The notes: a model not told the origin generated them from the letters alone. Numbered from the stretch's first letter, positions 1-10,415 are shown. The stretch is DNA of 64,000 nt from Nitrosopumilus sp. (GCA_965197525.1 OZ240211.1:1440001-1504000); one strand, 5' to 3'. A program made the numbers and translations.

Positions 1-20
1 GATGAGTTAAAGAGGATTAA

Positions 21-779
21 ATGATGGCCATTCAACTTAGCATCTTAAAAATTGCAGAGTATGGTCCATGGACATTAACATTGGGAAATGATCGTGAACA
101 TGAGCTTCAAATGCTTCAGGCATCACTATACCAGCAAGTACAAAAATTATTTTCTGACAAAAACTGTCTGGTCTTTCTTAATAGATGTGATGAGTTTTTT
201 GCAATATCAAACGGTCTTACATTAGATGATCATATTCAAATCCAAAAGACTCTTGCTGAGTTATTTGATGTTAAATTACACGTATCTATTGGCTATGCCA
301 ACTCTCCATTTGAAGCTAATCTCAAGGCATATGAAGGAAAGAAAAATCAAATAGTACTTGATGCAAAATACAACATCTTTGGTTTTATTAATGGTAAATT
401 TGATTCCAAAATCTCTATCATGCATTTAGATGTTGATAATCTTACCTCACGCCGAAAAACTGAATCTCCATACGAGATCTCATCAGTAATTTTTGAACTA
501 TATTCAAAAATGTCCCAGTATTTTCTAGAAAAAAACTCACTTACCTTTTTCATGGGAGGTGATAATTTTATGGTAATCTCTGATGATGCTGCAAAAGCGT
601 CTGCACAAGATTTTATTAACATGATAAAAAACAATGATGGCATTTCTTTGAACTGTGGGATAGGAAATGCAGATACTGCAAGGGATGCTGTCAAATTGGC
701 AACAAAATCCCTTGATACCATACGAGAAATTCGAGATTCAGGCAAAGAAAAACCTGAAGTTTATGAATTGTCATGTTAA
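21..779 (+). CDS. gch3: GTP cyclohydrolase IIa (GTP cyclohydrolase III)
   Basis: 252 aa; N-terminal YGPWTLTLGNDREHELQMLQ and MGGDNF motifs typical of archaeal GCH III; upstream of a pyrimidine reductase gene. Confidence 0.9.
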   Translation: MMAIQLSILKIAEYGPWTLTLGNDREHELQMLQASLYQQVQKLFSDKNCLVFLNRCDEFFAISNGLTLDDHIQIQKTLAELFDVKLHVSIGYANSPFEANLKAYEGKKNQIVLDAKYNIFGFINGKFDSKISIMHLDVDNLTSRRKTESPYEISSVIFELYSKMSQYFLEKNSLTFFMGGDNFMVISDDAAKASAQDFINMIKNNDGISLNCGIGNADTARDAVKLATKSLDTIREIRDSGKEKPEVYELSC

Positions 780-1963
780 TAAAAAATATCAGCATTTTAT
801 ATGGTCAAGAATTAGATTTTATATCAAACACTGATGCCAGAATCCAAAATAGTCGATTCAAAAAAATTCAAAAGAAGATAAAACCAAATCTCAAAGAGGA
901 ATCCATAGATTGTGAAGGTCTGTTGATGATACCAGGATTCATTAATGCACACACGCATATCGGAGATTCCATTGGGAAGGATATCTCTCTGAATAACTCT
1001 GTTAATGAAAAAATCCATCCTGTATTTGGTATCAAATCCAAGATCTTGAATGAAACACCTCAAGAGAATTTAAGCGATTTTATGAGAAATACCTGTCATT
1101 CCATGCTTAGAAAAGGCATTACCACCTTTGTTGATTTTAGAGAAGGTGGTATGGACGGTGTTATTTTACTTCAAAAAGTACTAGCAGATATCCCTTTACG
1201 CTCAGTCATCTTGGGCCGTATCGATTTTTATCAAAAAAGTACGGAAATTAAAAAAAATCTACCGTTTCCTAGTCAAAGATCCGCTGAATTTTCAAAACTT
1301 GTCAAAGCATGTGATGGAATCGGTATTAGTGGTGCAAATGAGAACAGCACCTCTACATTACAATATTATTCTAAAATATCAAAACTAAAAGCCATACATT
1401 CCTCAGAGACAAAGCAAAGCGTTGATGTATCAAAAAGACTCACTGGTCAATCAGAGACGATTCGCGCTCTATCCCTCAAACCTGATTTTTTAGTCCATAT
1501 GACTTTTGCATCAAAATCAGATCTTTTGTATGTATCAAAACAGACTGGAGGAGTTGTGATATGTCCTCGAGCCAACTCTTCCCTTGCTGAAGGAATTCCT
1601 GACATATCCTTGATGCAGAGATGTGGTTGTACACTTGCGTTAGGCACAGATAATGTAATGATAAACTCTCCTGATATGTTCAGGGAGATGGATTTTATTT
1701 GGAAAGCGACTATGGGGCTTTACAAAAAAAGAATTGCTCCTAAAGAAATTCTTAAAATGGCTACTGTCAATGGTGGAAAAATTCTAAAAAAAGATATTGG
1801 AGTAATTGAATCCGGAAAGATTGCCGATTGTATATTTTTAAACAAACATGCATTGGATTTAGAACCAATGCACAATCCCCATGCATCAATTGTTCACAGA
1901 GCATCAGAATCAGCAATAAAAGCAGTAATGATAGATGGAGAGATTGTACATGGGAATCTCTAG
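773..1963 (+). CDS. Metal-dependent amidohydrolase family protein
   Basis: PGFINAHTHIGD (HxH), LALGTDN and GKIADCIFL motifs of the amidohydrolase TIM barrel; overlaps both neighbours. Confidence 0.85.
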   Translation: MLIKNISILYGQELDFISNTDARIQNSRFKKIQKKIKPNLKEESIDCEGLLMIPGFINAHTHIGDSIGKDISLNNSVNEKIHPVFGIKSKILNETPQENLSDFMRNTCHSMLRKGITTFVDFREGGMDGVILLQKVLADIPLRSVILGRIDFYQKSTEIKKNLPFPSQRSAEFSKLVKACDGIGISGANENSTSTLQYYSKISKLKAIHSSETKQSVDVSKRLTGQSETIRALSLKPDFLVHMTFASKSDLLYVSKQTGGVVICPRANSSLAEGIPDISLMQRCGCTLALGTDNVMINSPDMFREMDFIWKATMGLYKKRIAPKEILKMATVNGGKILKKDIGVIESGKIADCIFLNKHALDLEPMHNPHASIVHRASESAIKAVMIDGEIVHGNL

Positions 1964-2609
1964 ACCACACATAATTTTGAGTGCAGCTCTATCCATAGAT
2001 GGAAAGATTGCTACTCGAAAAGGTGATTCAAAATTTTCATCAAGGCAAGACAGTATCAGACATCATAAATTAAGATCTAGAGTGGACGCCATACTTGTTG
2101 GAAAAAACACTGTAGTGCAAGATGATCCTATGCTAACTGTACGCCATGTTAAAGGAAAAAATCCCATTAGAGTAATTTTAGATTCCAAAGGTGAAATATC
2201 TTGTAATTCAAGAATATTGCAAACATCTACACAAATTCCAACTATAATAGCCGTATCCAAACAAATTCCTGAATCTAATCTTCGAAAACTATCCAAATTT
2301 TCTGTAGATGTTATTGCTACAGGTAACGATTCTGTAAACCTCAAATTATTGTTAAGACAGCTCTCAAAGAGGCAAATCACAACAATGCTAGTTGAAGGTG
2401 GGGGAACAACACATTGGGAGTTTATCAGACAAAACCTTTTTGATGAATTGATAGTTACTATCTCGCCTTTTCTGATAGGAGGCAGATCAGATGCAGTATC
2501 GTTTGTTGCAGGCTATGGATTTGATAAAATCTCAAAATCGCCAAATTTACGACTTGAATCCGTAAAGAGACTCGAAAATCATCTTGTTTTGAATTATCTA
2601 AAGGTGTAA
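1935..2609 (+). CDS. 2,5-diamino-6-ribosylamino-4(3H)-pyrimidinone 5'-phosphate reductase (RibD C-terminal domain, ArfC-like)
   Basis: AALSIDGKIAT, LRSRVDAILVGKNTVVQDDP and LVEGGG motifs; true start probably ATG 1950. Confidence 0.9.
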   Translation: MERLYMGISRPHIILSAALSIDGKIATRKGDSKFSSRQDSIRHHKLRSRVDAILVGKNTVVQDDPMLTVRHVKGKNPIRVILDSKGEISCNSRILQTSTQIPTIIAVSKQIPESNLRKLSKFSVDVIATGNDSVNLKLLLRQLSKRQITTMLVEGGGTTHWEFIRQNLFDELIVTISPFLIGGRSDAVSFVAGYGFDKISKSPNLRLESVKRLENHLVLNYLKV

Positions 2610-2630
2610 GTTATTATACTTTCATACAAG

Positions 2631-2861
2631 TTGAATTACAGTAAATTGGCAACAAAAAATAAGACACCGGCAAAAAAAACTGCTTCCAAAAAAAGTACTA
2701 GTTCAAAAACTAAAAAACCGGCATTTGGAGGATACGCAATCAATTTTGCAGGCAGAAAAGAAACCGTGGAGGAAGTATTTGGCAGTAAACCAATCGCCCC
2801 AAGTGAAATGACCAAAAAGATCTGGGCGTTTGTTAAAGCAGAAAACCTCTCTAATCGTTAA
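2631..2861 (+). CDS. Small basic protein with Lys-rich N-tail and SWIB/MDM2-like segment
   Basis: KKTASKKSTSSKTKK tail followed by PIAPSEMTKKIWAFVKAENL, resembling the SWIB motif; likely TTG start at 2646. Confidence 0.6.
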   Translation: MNYSKLATKNKTPAKKTASKKSTSSKTKKPAFGGYAINFAGRKETVEEVFGSKPIAPSEMTKKIWAFVKAENLSNR

Positions 2862-2952
2862 ATCTATTTGTTAACAGATAACCGTTAACTATCTTTTACA
2901 TATTTTTAAAAAATAAAAAAGATATAGATGTACCATTTTATGTACAATTATC

Positions 2953-3343
2953 ATATCAACTGCTTCATTAAAACAAGATCATGAGTTAATAGAAAAAATA
3001 ATTAATGGAATCCACTATTCAACTATTATCTGACGGAAAATAAATTACTGAATCAATTTTATTACCTGTAATTGATTTTTCAAAAAACTTTACAGATGTA
3101 TGTCATCATAGTAAAGAAAAAAATTCATTATTTCCTGCTTTAGATCAACTGGTATGCATCATAATATGGGACCAACTGTAATGATGCTACTCGATCACAG
3201 GCGTTCAAGAGAAATTGCAACTCGCATGGAAGAATCTACAAAAAAATATCTTCTTACGCATAATTCTACAAACTTAGTTAATGATATGAAACAATACGTT
3301 CAGCATGTTACTGAACACTTACGGAAAGAGAATACTAGATTAC
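2953..3343 (+). pseudogene. Hemerythrin/HHE-domain protein pseudogene
   Basis: Frame-hopping reading gives STASLKQDHELIEK / MESTIQLLSDGK*ITESILLPVIDFSKNFTDVCHHSKEKNSLFPAL / GMHHNMGP..LDH..EHLRKENTRL. Start is ATA, with an internal stop and frameshifts; cut off at an IS66-like end at 3344. Confidence 0.8.
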
Positions 3344-3730
3344 GAAACTATGTGATTTTTTGACGTAAAACCAGACCCTTACGCAGAGCCGTGACAAGAT
3401 CATCGTCCTTTGTCTTGCATGCATGTTTGATGTTCTCATTAACATGGCAATCGCATCTGCACCCTTCCCTGACCTGCTTCCGTTGCTGTTCTTGTACAGG
3501 ATGACGCATGGCCTGATAACACCCTCTACACAGTTGTTGTGGTATTCAACGCCGCCCGTCTCCAAAAACACAACTAGGTGATCTCCCTCTCATATCAACC
3601 TCTTGTGCACTCTTACAATACTTGCAGTTGCGGTTCTTCTCAAGCCTGCCGTTCAGTGATGCGATGCAACCATCCGACCTCTTCTTTGCTGCAAGCGCGC
3701 TGCAACCTTATCAACCTGCCCATAAGCACA
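3344..3730 (-). mobile_element. IS66-family transposase C-terminal remnant with right terminal repeat
   Basis: Minus strand reads HKRLI*EGDHLVVFLETGGVEYHNNCVEGVIRPCVILYKNSNGSRSGKGADAIAMLM (IS66 TnpC 'NNxxERxIRxxVxxRKxSxGSRS' type). End GAAACTATGTGATTTTTTGACG (3344-3365) matches ends at 45999 and 56560. The higher-coordinate boundary (3730) is approximate. Confidence 0.75.
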
Positions 3731-4069
3731 AATCAAATGGGCGTGAACACTTACGAGTGTATTATACTGTCGAAATCAGATTATCTAGCCAAGATATTAC
3801 ACTAATTTTTCATCCTTGGTATGGTACGTACTGTACAAAGTTCTGTTCATTTTTACGCACAAATTATAAAAATCAATGAACAATCTACTAGTTAGATACT
3901 ACGTACTTTACTAATTAGCCATGAATTCAAGAATACAAAAGATGTTTTTGTGCTTGGTCTAAACGGATAGGTGACCTCGTACAAACATTACGTCTGGCAC
4001 TAGGCATACTGAAGACCATCATAAATATTACATCTCATATTATTGAAAACACAATATTTTTAATAAATA

Positions 4070-4957
4070 ATGATATGTAATATAATTATGGTAAGCATAG
4101 TAAAAGAACGAGGATTCTACTATATGAAACACCACATACAAGGTAAAGAGAAGAGAAAATATCTAGGCAAGATAATTCCAAAGGACATTACCATAAGAAA
4201 AAAGATGTTTCTCAAAGAGTTTTACTGTGAAGATTGGGATAGAGATGTACAAAAGATAATCAAAAATTTTAAAAAAACAGCAACTAGTATAGAGAGATCA
4301 ATACAGTTAAAAAATTTTACAAGTTTTGGAATTGCATTTACATATAATACACAAAGAATTGAAGGATCAAGTCTAACAAAAAAAGATACGCAAAATTTAC
4401 TAGTACACGGATTAACTCCATTAAGAAAATCTTCAAGTGATGCAATCGAGACCCAGAAACATTATGAACTATTCATGAAACTAGTAACATTGAAAAAAAT
4501 TACAAAGATTACACAATCAACTTTACTTGAATGGCATAAAGAAATTTTTAATCAAACAAAGATTGGAGAAGCAGGAGTGTTCAGAGCACATACTGTAGGA
4601 GTAATAACAAATCCTGACATAGAATTTGCAACAGTTCCTGAAATTCCCAACAGAATGAAAGAGTTTGTTAATTGGTTAAACAAATGTCAAATAAATAATC
4701 CTATAGAATTCGCAGCTATGGCACATTACAAATTTGTCTCGATTCATCCTTTTGCTGACGGGAATGGTAGAATAGCCAGATTGATAATGAGTTACATTTT
4801 GTTTAAGGAATGTTGTCCACTTATGTTAATTAAAAGCCAAGATAAAAATAGATATTTTGAATCATTAGAAAAATCGCAGTTAAATAATGATGACGAGATT
4901 TATTTTTTAAAATGGTTTATGAAATATTATATCACAGATAACAAAAAATATCTCTAA
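4070..4957 (+). CDS. Fic family protein
   Basis: Canonical Fic motif HPFADGNGRIAR; TYNTQRIEGSSLT upstream motif. Confidence 0.9.
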   Translation: MICNIIMVSIVKERGFYYMKHHIQGKEKRKYLGKIIPKDITIRKKMFLKEFYCEDWDRDVQKIIKNFKKTATSIERSIQLKNFTSFGIAFTYNTQRIEGSSLTKKDTQNLLVHGLTPLRKSSSDAIETQKHYELFMKLVTLKKITKITQSTLLEWHKEIFNQTKIGEAGVFRAHTVGVITNPDIEFATVPEIPNRMKEFVNWLNKCQINNPIEFAAMAHYKFVSIHPFADGNGRIARLIMSYILFKECCPLMLIKSQDKNRYFESLEKSQLNNDDEIYFLKWFMKYYITDNKKYL

Positions 4958-5043
4958 GATTATATAATTATGAATTCTAAAATCGTGTGGATGATGCATA
5001 GTGCTGTAGATAATGTTTCATTCATTGATTTTTAGTGGGCGTT

Positions 5044-5119
5044 CACATCCCCTCTTGATTCGTGCTTGTGAGCAGGTCGATATGGATTACAGTTAGGCAC
5101 GGATTAATGGATGACGTGA
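5044..5119 (-). repeat. Orphan copy of the structured 75-nt segment found downstream of the IS110 transposase
   Basis: Reverse complement aligns to 18220-18294 with 8 substitutions and 1 indel (manual alignment). Confidence 0.85.
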
Positions 5120-5135
5120 GCAGTTACCAAAAAAT

Positions 5136-6527
5136 TTATTCTACATAGTGATGGTGCGTTAGATTATCATAAAATCTAACCGATTTTATGTTTACAAATT
5201 CTAGCATTCCATATCTTGATAATTCTCTTCCAAACCCACTATTTTTTATTCCGCCAAATGGAATTCTTGGATCTGATATCACTACGTTGTTCACACTAAC
5301 GATTCCTGATTCTATTCTTCTTGACATTTTATCTGCTTTTTCTAGATCCCGTGTCCAGATACTTGCACCTAGACCAAATTCTATGTTATTTGCTAACTTT
5401 ATTGCCTCACTTTCGTTATCTACTATAGTTATTGGCGCAACAGGCCCGAACGTCTCCTCATCTACAATTCTCATATTTGGTTTAACATTGGTAAGAATCG
5501 TTGGTTGGTAAAAGTATCCTTCGCCTTCTATTTTTGAACCTCCCACAAGCACCTCGGCTCCCTTTGCCTTTGCATCATCTACAATTCCGGAGATTGTATC
5601 CAAACTATCTTTACTTGAAAGTGGACCAATATCTGTTTCAGTTGACATCGGATTACCTACCTTAAGTTGCGATGCTTTTTTAATAAACAACTCGATGAAA
5701 TCCTTTGCTATGTTTTTACCAACAAAAAATCTCTTAGAGGCTACACAGCTTTGACCACAGTTGATGAATCTACCTTTAACTGCTCCTTCTGCTGCTTTTT
5801 CAATAATTGCATCATCTAACACTATGAACGGATCACTTCCGCCTAATTCTAATACGCATTTTTTCAAATGTGTTGCAGCCCTTTGTCCAACCTTTGTTCC
5901 TGCATTCGTACTTCCAGTAAACGTTACGGCGTTAACTTCAGAATCTATCAGATGGTTTGCAGATTCTACTGTTCCTACCACTGTTTGAAATACGCCATCT
6001 GGTATGCCTGATTCAGTAAACGCTTTCTCAATTCCAATGCCTGATCGCATTGTTACTTTAGATGGCTTCATCACAATCACATTTCCTGCCATTAAACATG
6101 GAGCTGCAAATCTTAGGGCTTGCCAATATGGAAAATTCCATGGCATAATAGAACCAATAACACCTAGCGGTTCAAAGGTTAGAAAACTCTTTCTAGCATC
6201 TGTATTTAACACTTCGTCAGATAGAAAACTATCTCCATTATCTGCGTAAAATTCTAACGCCCATGCACATTTATCAATCTCCCCAATTGATTCTTTAAGC
6301 GGTTTGCCCATCTCAGTAGTTGCAACTTTTGCAAGTGCTGTTTTGTTCTTTCTTAGATACTCAACCAAATTGTAAATGTAACTTCTACGTACTTCATAAT
6401 CTCTCTTCCATCCAGGATAAGCCCTCTTTGCTTTCCCTACCAGTTCAAATATATGGTTTTTATCCATACATTGAAATGTTTCAATATCTTTACCTGTAGC
6501 TGGGTTTACAGTAGTAATTTGGTTCAT
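5136..6527 (-). CDS. NAD(P)-dependent aldehyde dehydrogenase, succinate-semialdehyde dehydrogenase (GabD)-like
   Basis: PWNFP, FTGST, LELGGSDPF, GQSCVA (catalytic Cys), EETFGP and PFGGIKNSGFGRE motifs. Confidence 0.9.
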   Translation of the reverse strand: MNQITTVNPATGKDIETFQCMDKNHIFELVGKAKRAYPGWKRDYEVRRSYIYNLVEYLRKNKTALAKVATTEMGKPLKESIGEIDKCAWALEFYADNGDSFLSDEVLNTDARKSFLTFEPLGVIGSIMPWNFPYWQALRFAAPCLMAGNVIVMKPSKVTMRSGIGIEKAFTESGIPDGVFQTVVGTVESANHLIDSEVNAVTFTGSTNAGTKVGQRAATHLKKCVLELGGSDPFIVLDDAIIEKAAEGAVKGRFINCGQSCVASKRFFVGKNIAKDFIELFIKKASQLKVGNPMSTETDIGPLSSKDSLDTISGIVDDAKAKGAEVLVGGSKIEGEGYFYQPTILTNVKPNMRIVDEETFGPVAPITIVDNESEAIKLANNIEFGLGASIWTRDLEKADKMSRRIESGIVSVNNVVISDPRIPFGGIKNSGFGRELSRYGMLEFVNIKSVRFYDNLTHHHYVE

Positions 6528-6568
6528 AATATTTGTCTGATTTATGTTGTTTATTATACTAATCTCTA

Positions 6569-6970
6569 CTATAGTTTAGCTGAGAAATTTTTTAGTGCCT
6601 TAGAGTATACATCAATCATTATAATTGAATATTCTTCATACGTCTTCATACCTCCGATTCGTACTCGAGAATACCATTTTAGATAGTTGTTATAATTCTC
6701 AATCTGATTCAAAAAGATTGCTGTAATCGAATTCGATATTGTTGTACCGTTCTTCATTATACTCTCATCAATGTCTAATTTATCAATTAATTCTTTTTCA
6801 GCCATTATGCATACCTTGAAGATCTTCTCTAGATGACGAAGATGTTCTGTATAAATATTTGAGAGTAATTGATATTGTGTAGGTCCTATCATCTCTAATT
6901 TTTTAACTATTTTTGTACTATCGTCTTGTATAACATTATAAATTGAATTTGTTTTATCTTCTTCTGTCAT
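6569..6970 (-). CDS. Hypothetical protein
   Basis: 133-aa ORF co-oriented with neighbours; no recognised motif. Confidence 0.6.
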   Translation of the reverse strand: MTEEDKTNSIYNVIQDDSTKIVKKLEMIGPTQYQLLSNIYTEHLRHLEKIFKVCIMAEKELIDKLDIDESIMKNGTTISNSITAIFLNQIENYNNYLKWYSRVRIGGMKTYEEYSIIMIDVYSKALKNFSAKL

Positions 6971-7102
6971 TCTGTTATTTATTGTGTCTGTCTTTATAAA
7001 ATTGCTTTTTTGTACTTTTGATGTTTTATATAAAAACTATATCGATCAAATTTTATTTCTATTTCTTTATTCTCAACTGACAAAAACCATAACGTCGTCT
7101 TT

Positions 7103-7618
7103 TTAGAATGTTTGTTGCATATCTCTTTTTATTCTGTCAATCTTCTTTGAATATGCTTTTTTCGATCTATCATTCTTTTTTAGATTCAATACGTTCTGAC
7201 ATGATGGGCATTTAAACATCCCATCAAGCGCATTCTCAAACGTAACTCTTGGACAATCTTTATTACCACAATGATAAAAATCAGACGCATTTTCGTAGTC
7301 TAATCTCTGCTGTAATCTCTCTTCAATCTTCTTCTTTTGGTTTTCGATAAAGTGCTCTACCTCTTCTCTCCTCGTTCTCCATCTGTAAACAAACCAGCCT
7401 TTTCTCTCATCTTTGACTCTGATGCCAGTAATTAGAGATTTTCCAAACAAGTCGTACAATACTTTTCTTACCATATTGATTCTCAAACCTGTAGAACTTG
7501 CTATCTCTTCATCAGTTGCGTCTTCAGCTTTTAAAAGAGATCTTGCTACCTTTAGATATTCTTCTCCCCCGATCATCGCAGCGATTCTGATAAATGGGTC
7601 TTCGTATTTGTCTATCAA
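7103..7618 (-). CDS. tfe: Transcription factor E (TFE, TFIIE alpha homolog)
   Basis: Winged helix ATDEEIASSTGLRINMVRKVLYDL, GWFVYRW motif and zinc ribbon CGNKDC..CPSC. Confidence 0.95.
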   Translation of the reverse strand: MIDKYEDPFIRIAAMIGGEEYLKVARSLLKAEDATDEEIASSTGLRINMVRKVLYDLFGKSLITGIRVKDERKGWFVYRWRTRREEVEHFIENQKKKIEERLQQRLDYENASDFYHCGNKDCPRVTFENALDGMFKCPSCQNVLNLKKNDRSKKAYSKKIDRIKRDMQQTF

Positions 7619-7621
7619 CTC

Positions 7622-8176
7622 TTAACATCTCTCATTTTCTTCTATTAATCCCTTGTCTCTCGTTTCTACGGTTTTTCCACGTTTTGTTGGTATGATTTTT
7701 CTTTCTGCGTCAATAAACACTCTATCAAACTGCTTTCCTTCTTGTATACGGTCTAAAAGAATTGCTAATGCACTAATCTCTGAATGCGGCTGACTTCCAA
7801 CCCCTACATTATAGTCTGCTAGTTCATAAATCTCTCTTGGAACTTTTTCAGCACCTACAACTACCAAGACGTCTTGCTCTTTTGCTATGCTGTCTTGTAC
7901 ATCATTAATACTCTGACCGTACATTGAGAGATGCACGATCTTGAATCCTTCCTGACTCCTCTTTTTTATTACGTCCTTCCATTTGTCGATAAACTCTACT
8001 TTAAAACTCCCTCCCCATGTCTTATTGATCTTCTCTAATGTATCCTTAATTTCAGGGTTAATTTCAGACATGTAAATTCTCTCAGCCCCAAAAGCTCTTG
8101 AAACAAGAGCTACATGTGTTGTGACTCTATCATCCCGTACAACCCGTTGTCCAATTCGTACTACTCTAATTACCAA
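7622..8176 (-). CDS. trm56: tRNA (cytidine(56)-2'-O)-methyltransferase
   Basis: [31 protein letters not shown] and [15 protein letters not shown] motifs; start placed at TTG 8176 overlapping the hflX stop. Confidence 0.92.
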   Translation of the reverse strand: MVIRVVRIGQRVVRDDRVTTHVALVSRAFGAERIYMSEINPEIKDTLEKINKTWGGSFKVEFIDKWKDVIKKRSQEGFKIVHLSMYGQSINDVQDSIAKEQDVLVVVGAEKVPREIYELADYNVGVGSQPHSEISALAILLDRIQEGKQFDRVFIDAERKIIPTKRGKTVETRDKGLIEENERC

Positions 8177-9290
8177 ATATCTCTCCAAATCCTTTTTTTG
8201 TATTATTTTGCAGTTTCTGAAAACTTTGATTTTCAATAATCTCTTTGACTAGATTTTTTAACTCTTCAATATTTTTACCAGTTTTGGCAGAGATTGCCAT
8301 TATTTTTTTAGTTTCATTTAAATTCAAAATTTCAATCTTTTGTTGAATTTCTTCTGTTTCCAACAGATCAGATTTATTTAATGCGTACACTATTTTCTCC
8401 TGCCGCACTCCTAATTCACTTAATGTTCTCATACAACTAGAGAATTTTTTCTTCAATTCAAATACTGTATCATTAATATCAATAACTAAAATAATGATAT
8501 CCGAATGTAATAGTTCTTCTAATGTTGATTTGAATGCATCAATCATATACGCTGGTAATTTACTAATGAACCCTACTGTATCTCCAATTAAAAATGGTTC
8601 GTGATTAATTGTTATTCTTCGTACAGTTGTAGTCAATGTTGTAAATAATTCCCCACTTTGAATCTTTGTTTCCCCTGTTGTTTTATTAAACAATGTTGTT
8701 TTTCCTGCTGATGTATATCCTGCCAACGATATTATCTTAAATCCTGCTCTCTTTCTCCCTTGTCTATGTATCTCTCTTTGCTTGCCCGCTTTTTGTAATT
8801 TAGATTTTATTGTCTGCATTCGATGCTTAATATCATTATAATATACATCTACTTCAAATTTTCCTATTCCCATAAACCCTGGTTGCTCACCCATGTTTGC
8901 AAGACGAACCTTTTCTTTTGCTCTTGACATCTCATATCGAAGCTGCGCCAATTTTACCTGCAATTTAGATTCTGCACTTGATGTTCTGCTCTCAAAAATT
9001 TCCAGAATCAACGCTTCTCTATCCAATATCTCTTTATGTAGTATTGTTGCAAGATTATAATTCTGACTAGGTTTTAATATTTCATCAAATATTATCACAT
9101 CTGGTCTGAGCTTCTCTGTTATCTCCTCTAGCCTCTCAGCTACTCCTCCCGTTATTCCGTATTTTGGACTTTGAAGATATCTTTGTGTTATGATGTGTAC
9201 CAGCTGGTACCCTGCTGCAGCGCACAATCCTTTTGCCTCATTTATTGAATCCTCTTGATCGTACGTTATCAAAATTGCAGTATTTGTCAC
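8166..9290 (-). CDS. hflX: GTPase HflX
   Basis: [12 protein letters not shown] (G1), LFTTL (G2), DTVGFI (G3), NKSD (G4); [10 protein letters not shown] motif. Confidence 0.95.
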   Translation of the reverse strand: MTNTAILITYDQEDSINEAKGLCAAAGYQLVHIITQRYLQSPKYGITGGVAERLEEITEKLRPDVIIFDEILKPSQNYNLATILHKEILDREALILEIFESRTSSAESKLQVKLAQLRYEMSRAKEKVRLANMGEQPGFMGIGKFEVDVYYNDIKHRMQTIKSKLQKAGKQREIHRQGRKRAGFKIISLAGYTSAGKTTLFNKTTGETKIQSGELFTTLTTTVRRITINHEPFLIGDTVGFISKLPAYMIDAFKSTLEELLHSDIIILVIDINDTVFELKKKFSSCMRTLSELGVRQEKIVYALNKSDLLETEEIQQKIEILNLNETKKIMAISAKTGKNIEELKNLVKEIIENQSFQKLQNNTKKGFGEIFGN

Positions 9291-9377
9291 AATATTGACT
9301 CCTTGATTTTACCCAACTCAAAACCTCTCAAATTATTTATTTTAATTTGTATTGATCTCCAACCCCTATATGATAAC

Positions 9378-10415
9378 TTAGTCTATTTTTTTTAGCATTT
9401 TTTCTACATTCATATTCAAGACAATCTCTGCTATATCACTTGCATATTCTGAAACTCTCCTAATATTCTCAGTCATTCTTCTAATCCTGTATATCTCTTC
9501 ATCATCTTTTAATGATCTTGCAGCATTTATGATGTCTTCTTCAAACTTGGCAATTTTATTTATTTTTATTATTGTTTTTTCTGCTTGACTGTTGTCTTCT
9601 TTGAACAGTGCTAAACATGATTCGTCTAAAACAGATAGACAAAAGTTATTCATGTTTTGCAGTTTTTCTACAATGTTTTTTTTAACTGGTTTTTTAAACT
9701 CTAAAAGATCTTTTGCGATAAATGCTGCATGGTCTCCGGTTCTCTCTATATTCTTTACAATTAGTCTATATCCTAAACAATTCCTTGCATTTCGTAAGCC
9801 CATTTCCTTTAACATATGTTCATTTTGTATTGCAATCTTTAACTGACGAATAATATAAAATCCGAATCTATCTACTTCGTCATCCGTATTGATTACTTCT
9901 TGGGCTAACTCTAAATCATTTCCTTTTACTGCAAGTATTGCATCATTTGACATTGATTTTGCCAAGTGAATCATACGCTTGAACGCTCCATCGACTGATA
10001 ATTCTAATAGATTCACAAGAACTTGAATTGTAATTCCTTGGGTCGAATCTGCAATGATCTCTGAACCCATAAGCATTCTCTTCACTGATTCCTTCACCGC
10101 ATTTCTTTGCTGTACACTCAATCTACCCACTTTTGACTTGACATTAATTGTCTTGAATCCTAAGAAATACACAGAGATTAGCTTTCTAACAATTGATGAT
10201 GACTCTTCTATGTCGTCTATCTCAATTACTGCATTATCTTTCTTTAGAGTACGTGACCCTGCTGTTGGTGGATAGATTTCTAATGATGACGATCCTTTTC
10301 TGACCATTCTTAACTGATCACCTCGTTTCAGACCCAATTCTGTTATCCACTGCTTTGGTAGTGAGATTATGTATGACGATTTGCCTGTAAATTGAATTTT
10401 TCTTGACTCTTCCAT
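9378..10415 (-). CDS. phoU: Phosphate uptake regulator (AbrB-like N-terminus plus two PhoU domains)
   Basis: RKIQFTGKSSYIISLPKQW (AbrB), DDEVDRF and IERTGDHA motifs. Confidence 0.9.
   Translation of the reverse strand: MEESRKIQFTGKSSYIISLPKQWITELGLKRGDQLRMVRKGSSSLEIYPPTAGSRTLKKDNAVIEIDDIEESSSIVRKLISVYFLGFKTINVKSKVGRLSVQQRNAVKESVKRMLMGSEIIADSTQGITIQVLVNLLELSVDGAFKRMIHLAKSMSNDAILAVKGNDLELAQEVINTDDEVDRFGFYIIRQLKIAIQNEHMLKEMGLRNARNCLGYRLIVKNIERTGDHAAFIAKDLLEFKKPVKKNIVEKLQNMNNFCLSVLDESCLALFKEDNSQAEKTIIKINKIAKFEEDIINAARSLKDDEEIYRIRRMTENIRRVSEYASDIAEIVLNMNVEKMLKKID

Noticed and set aside
5136-5160. HHHYVE tail on the ALDH as a novel metal site
   Set aside because: Too short to support a claim, and likely a conserved lineage feature.
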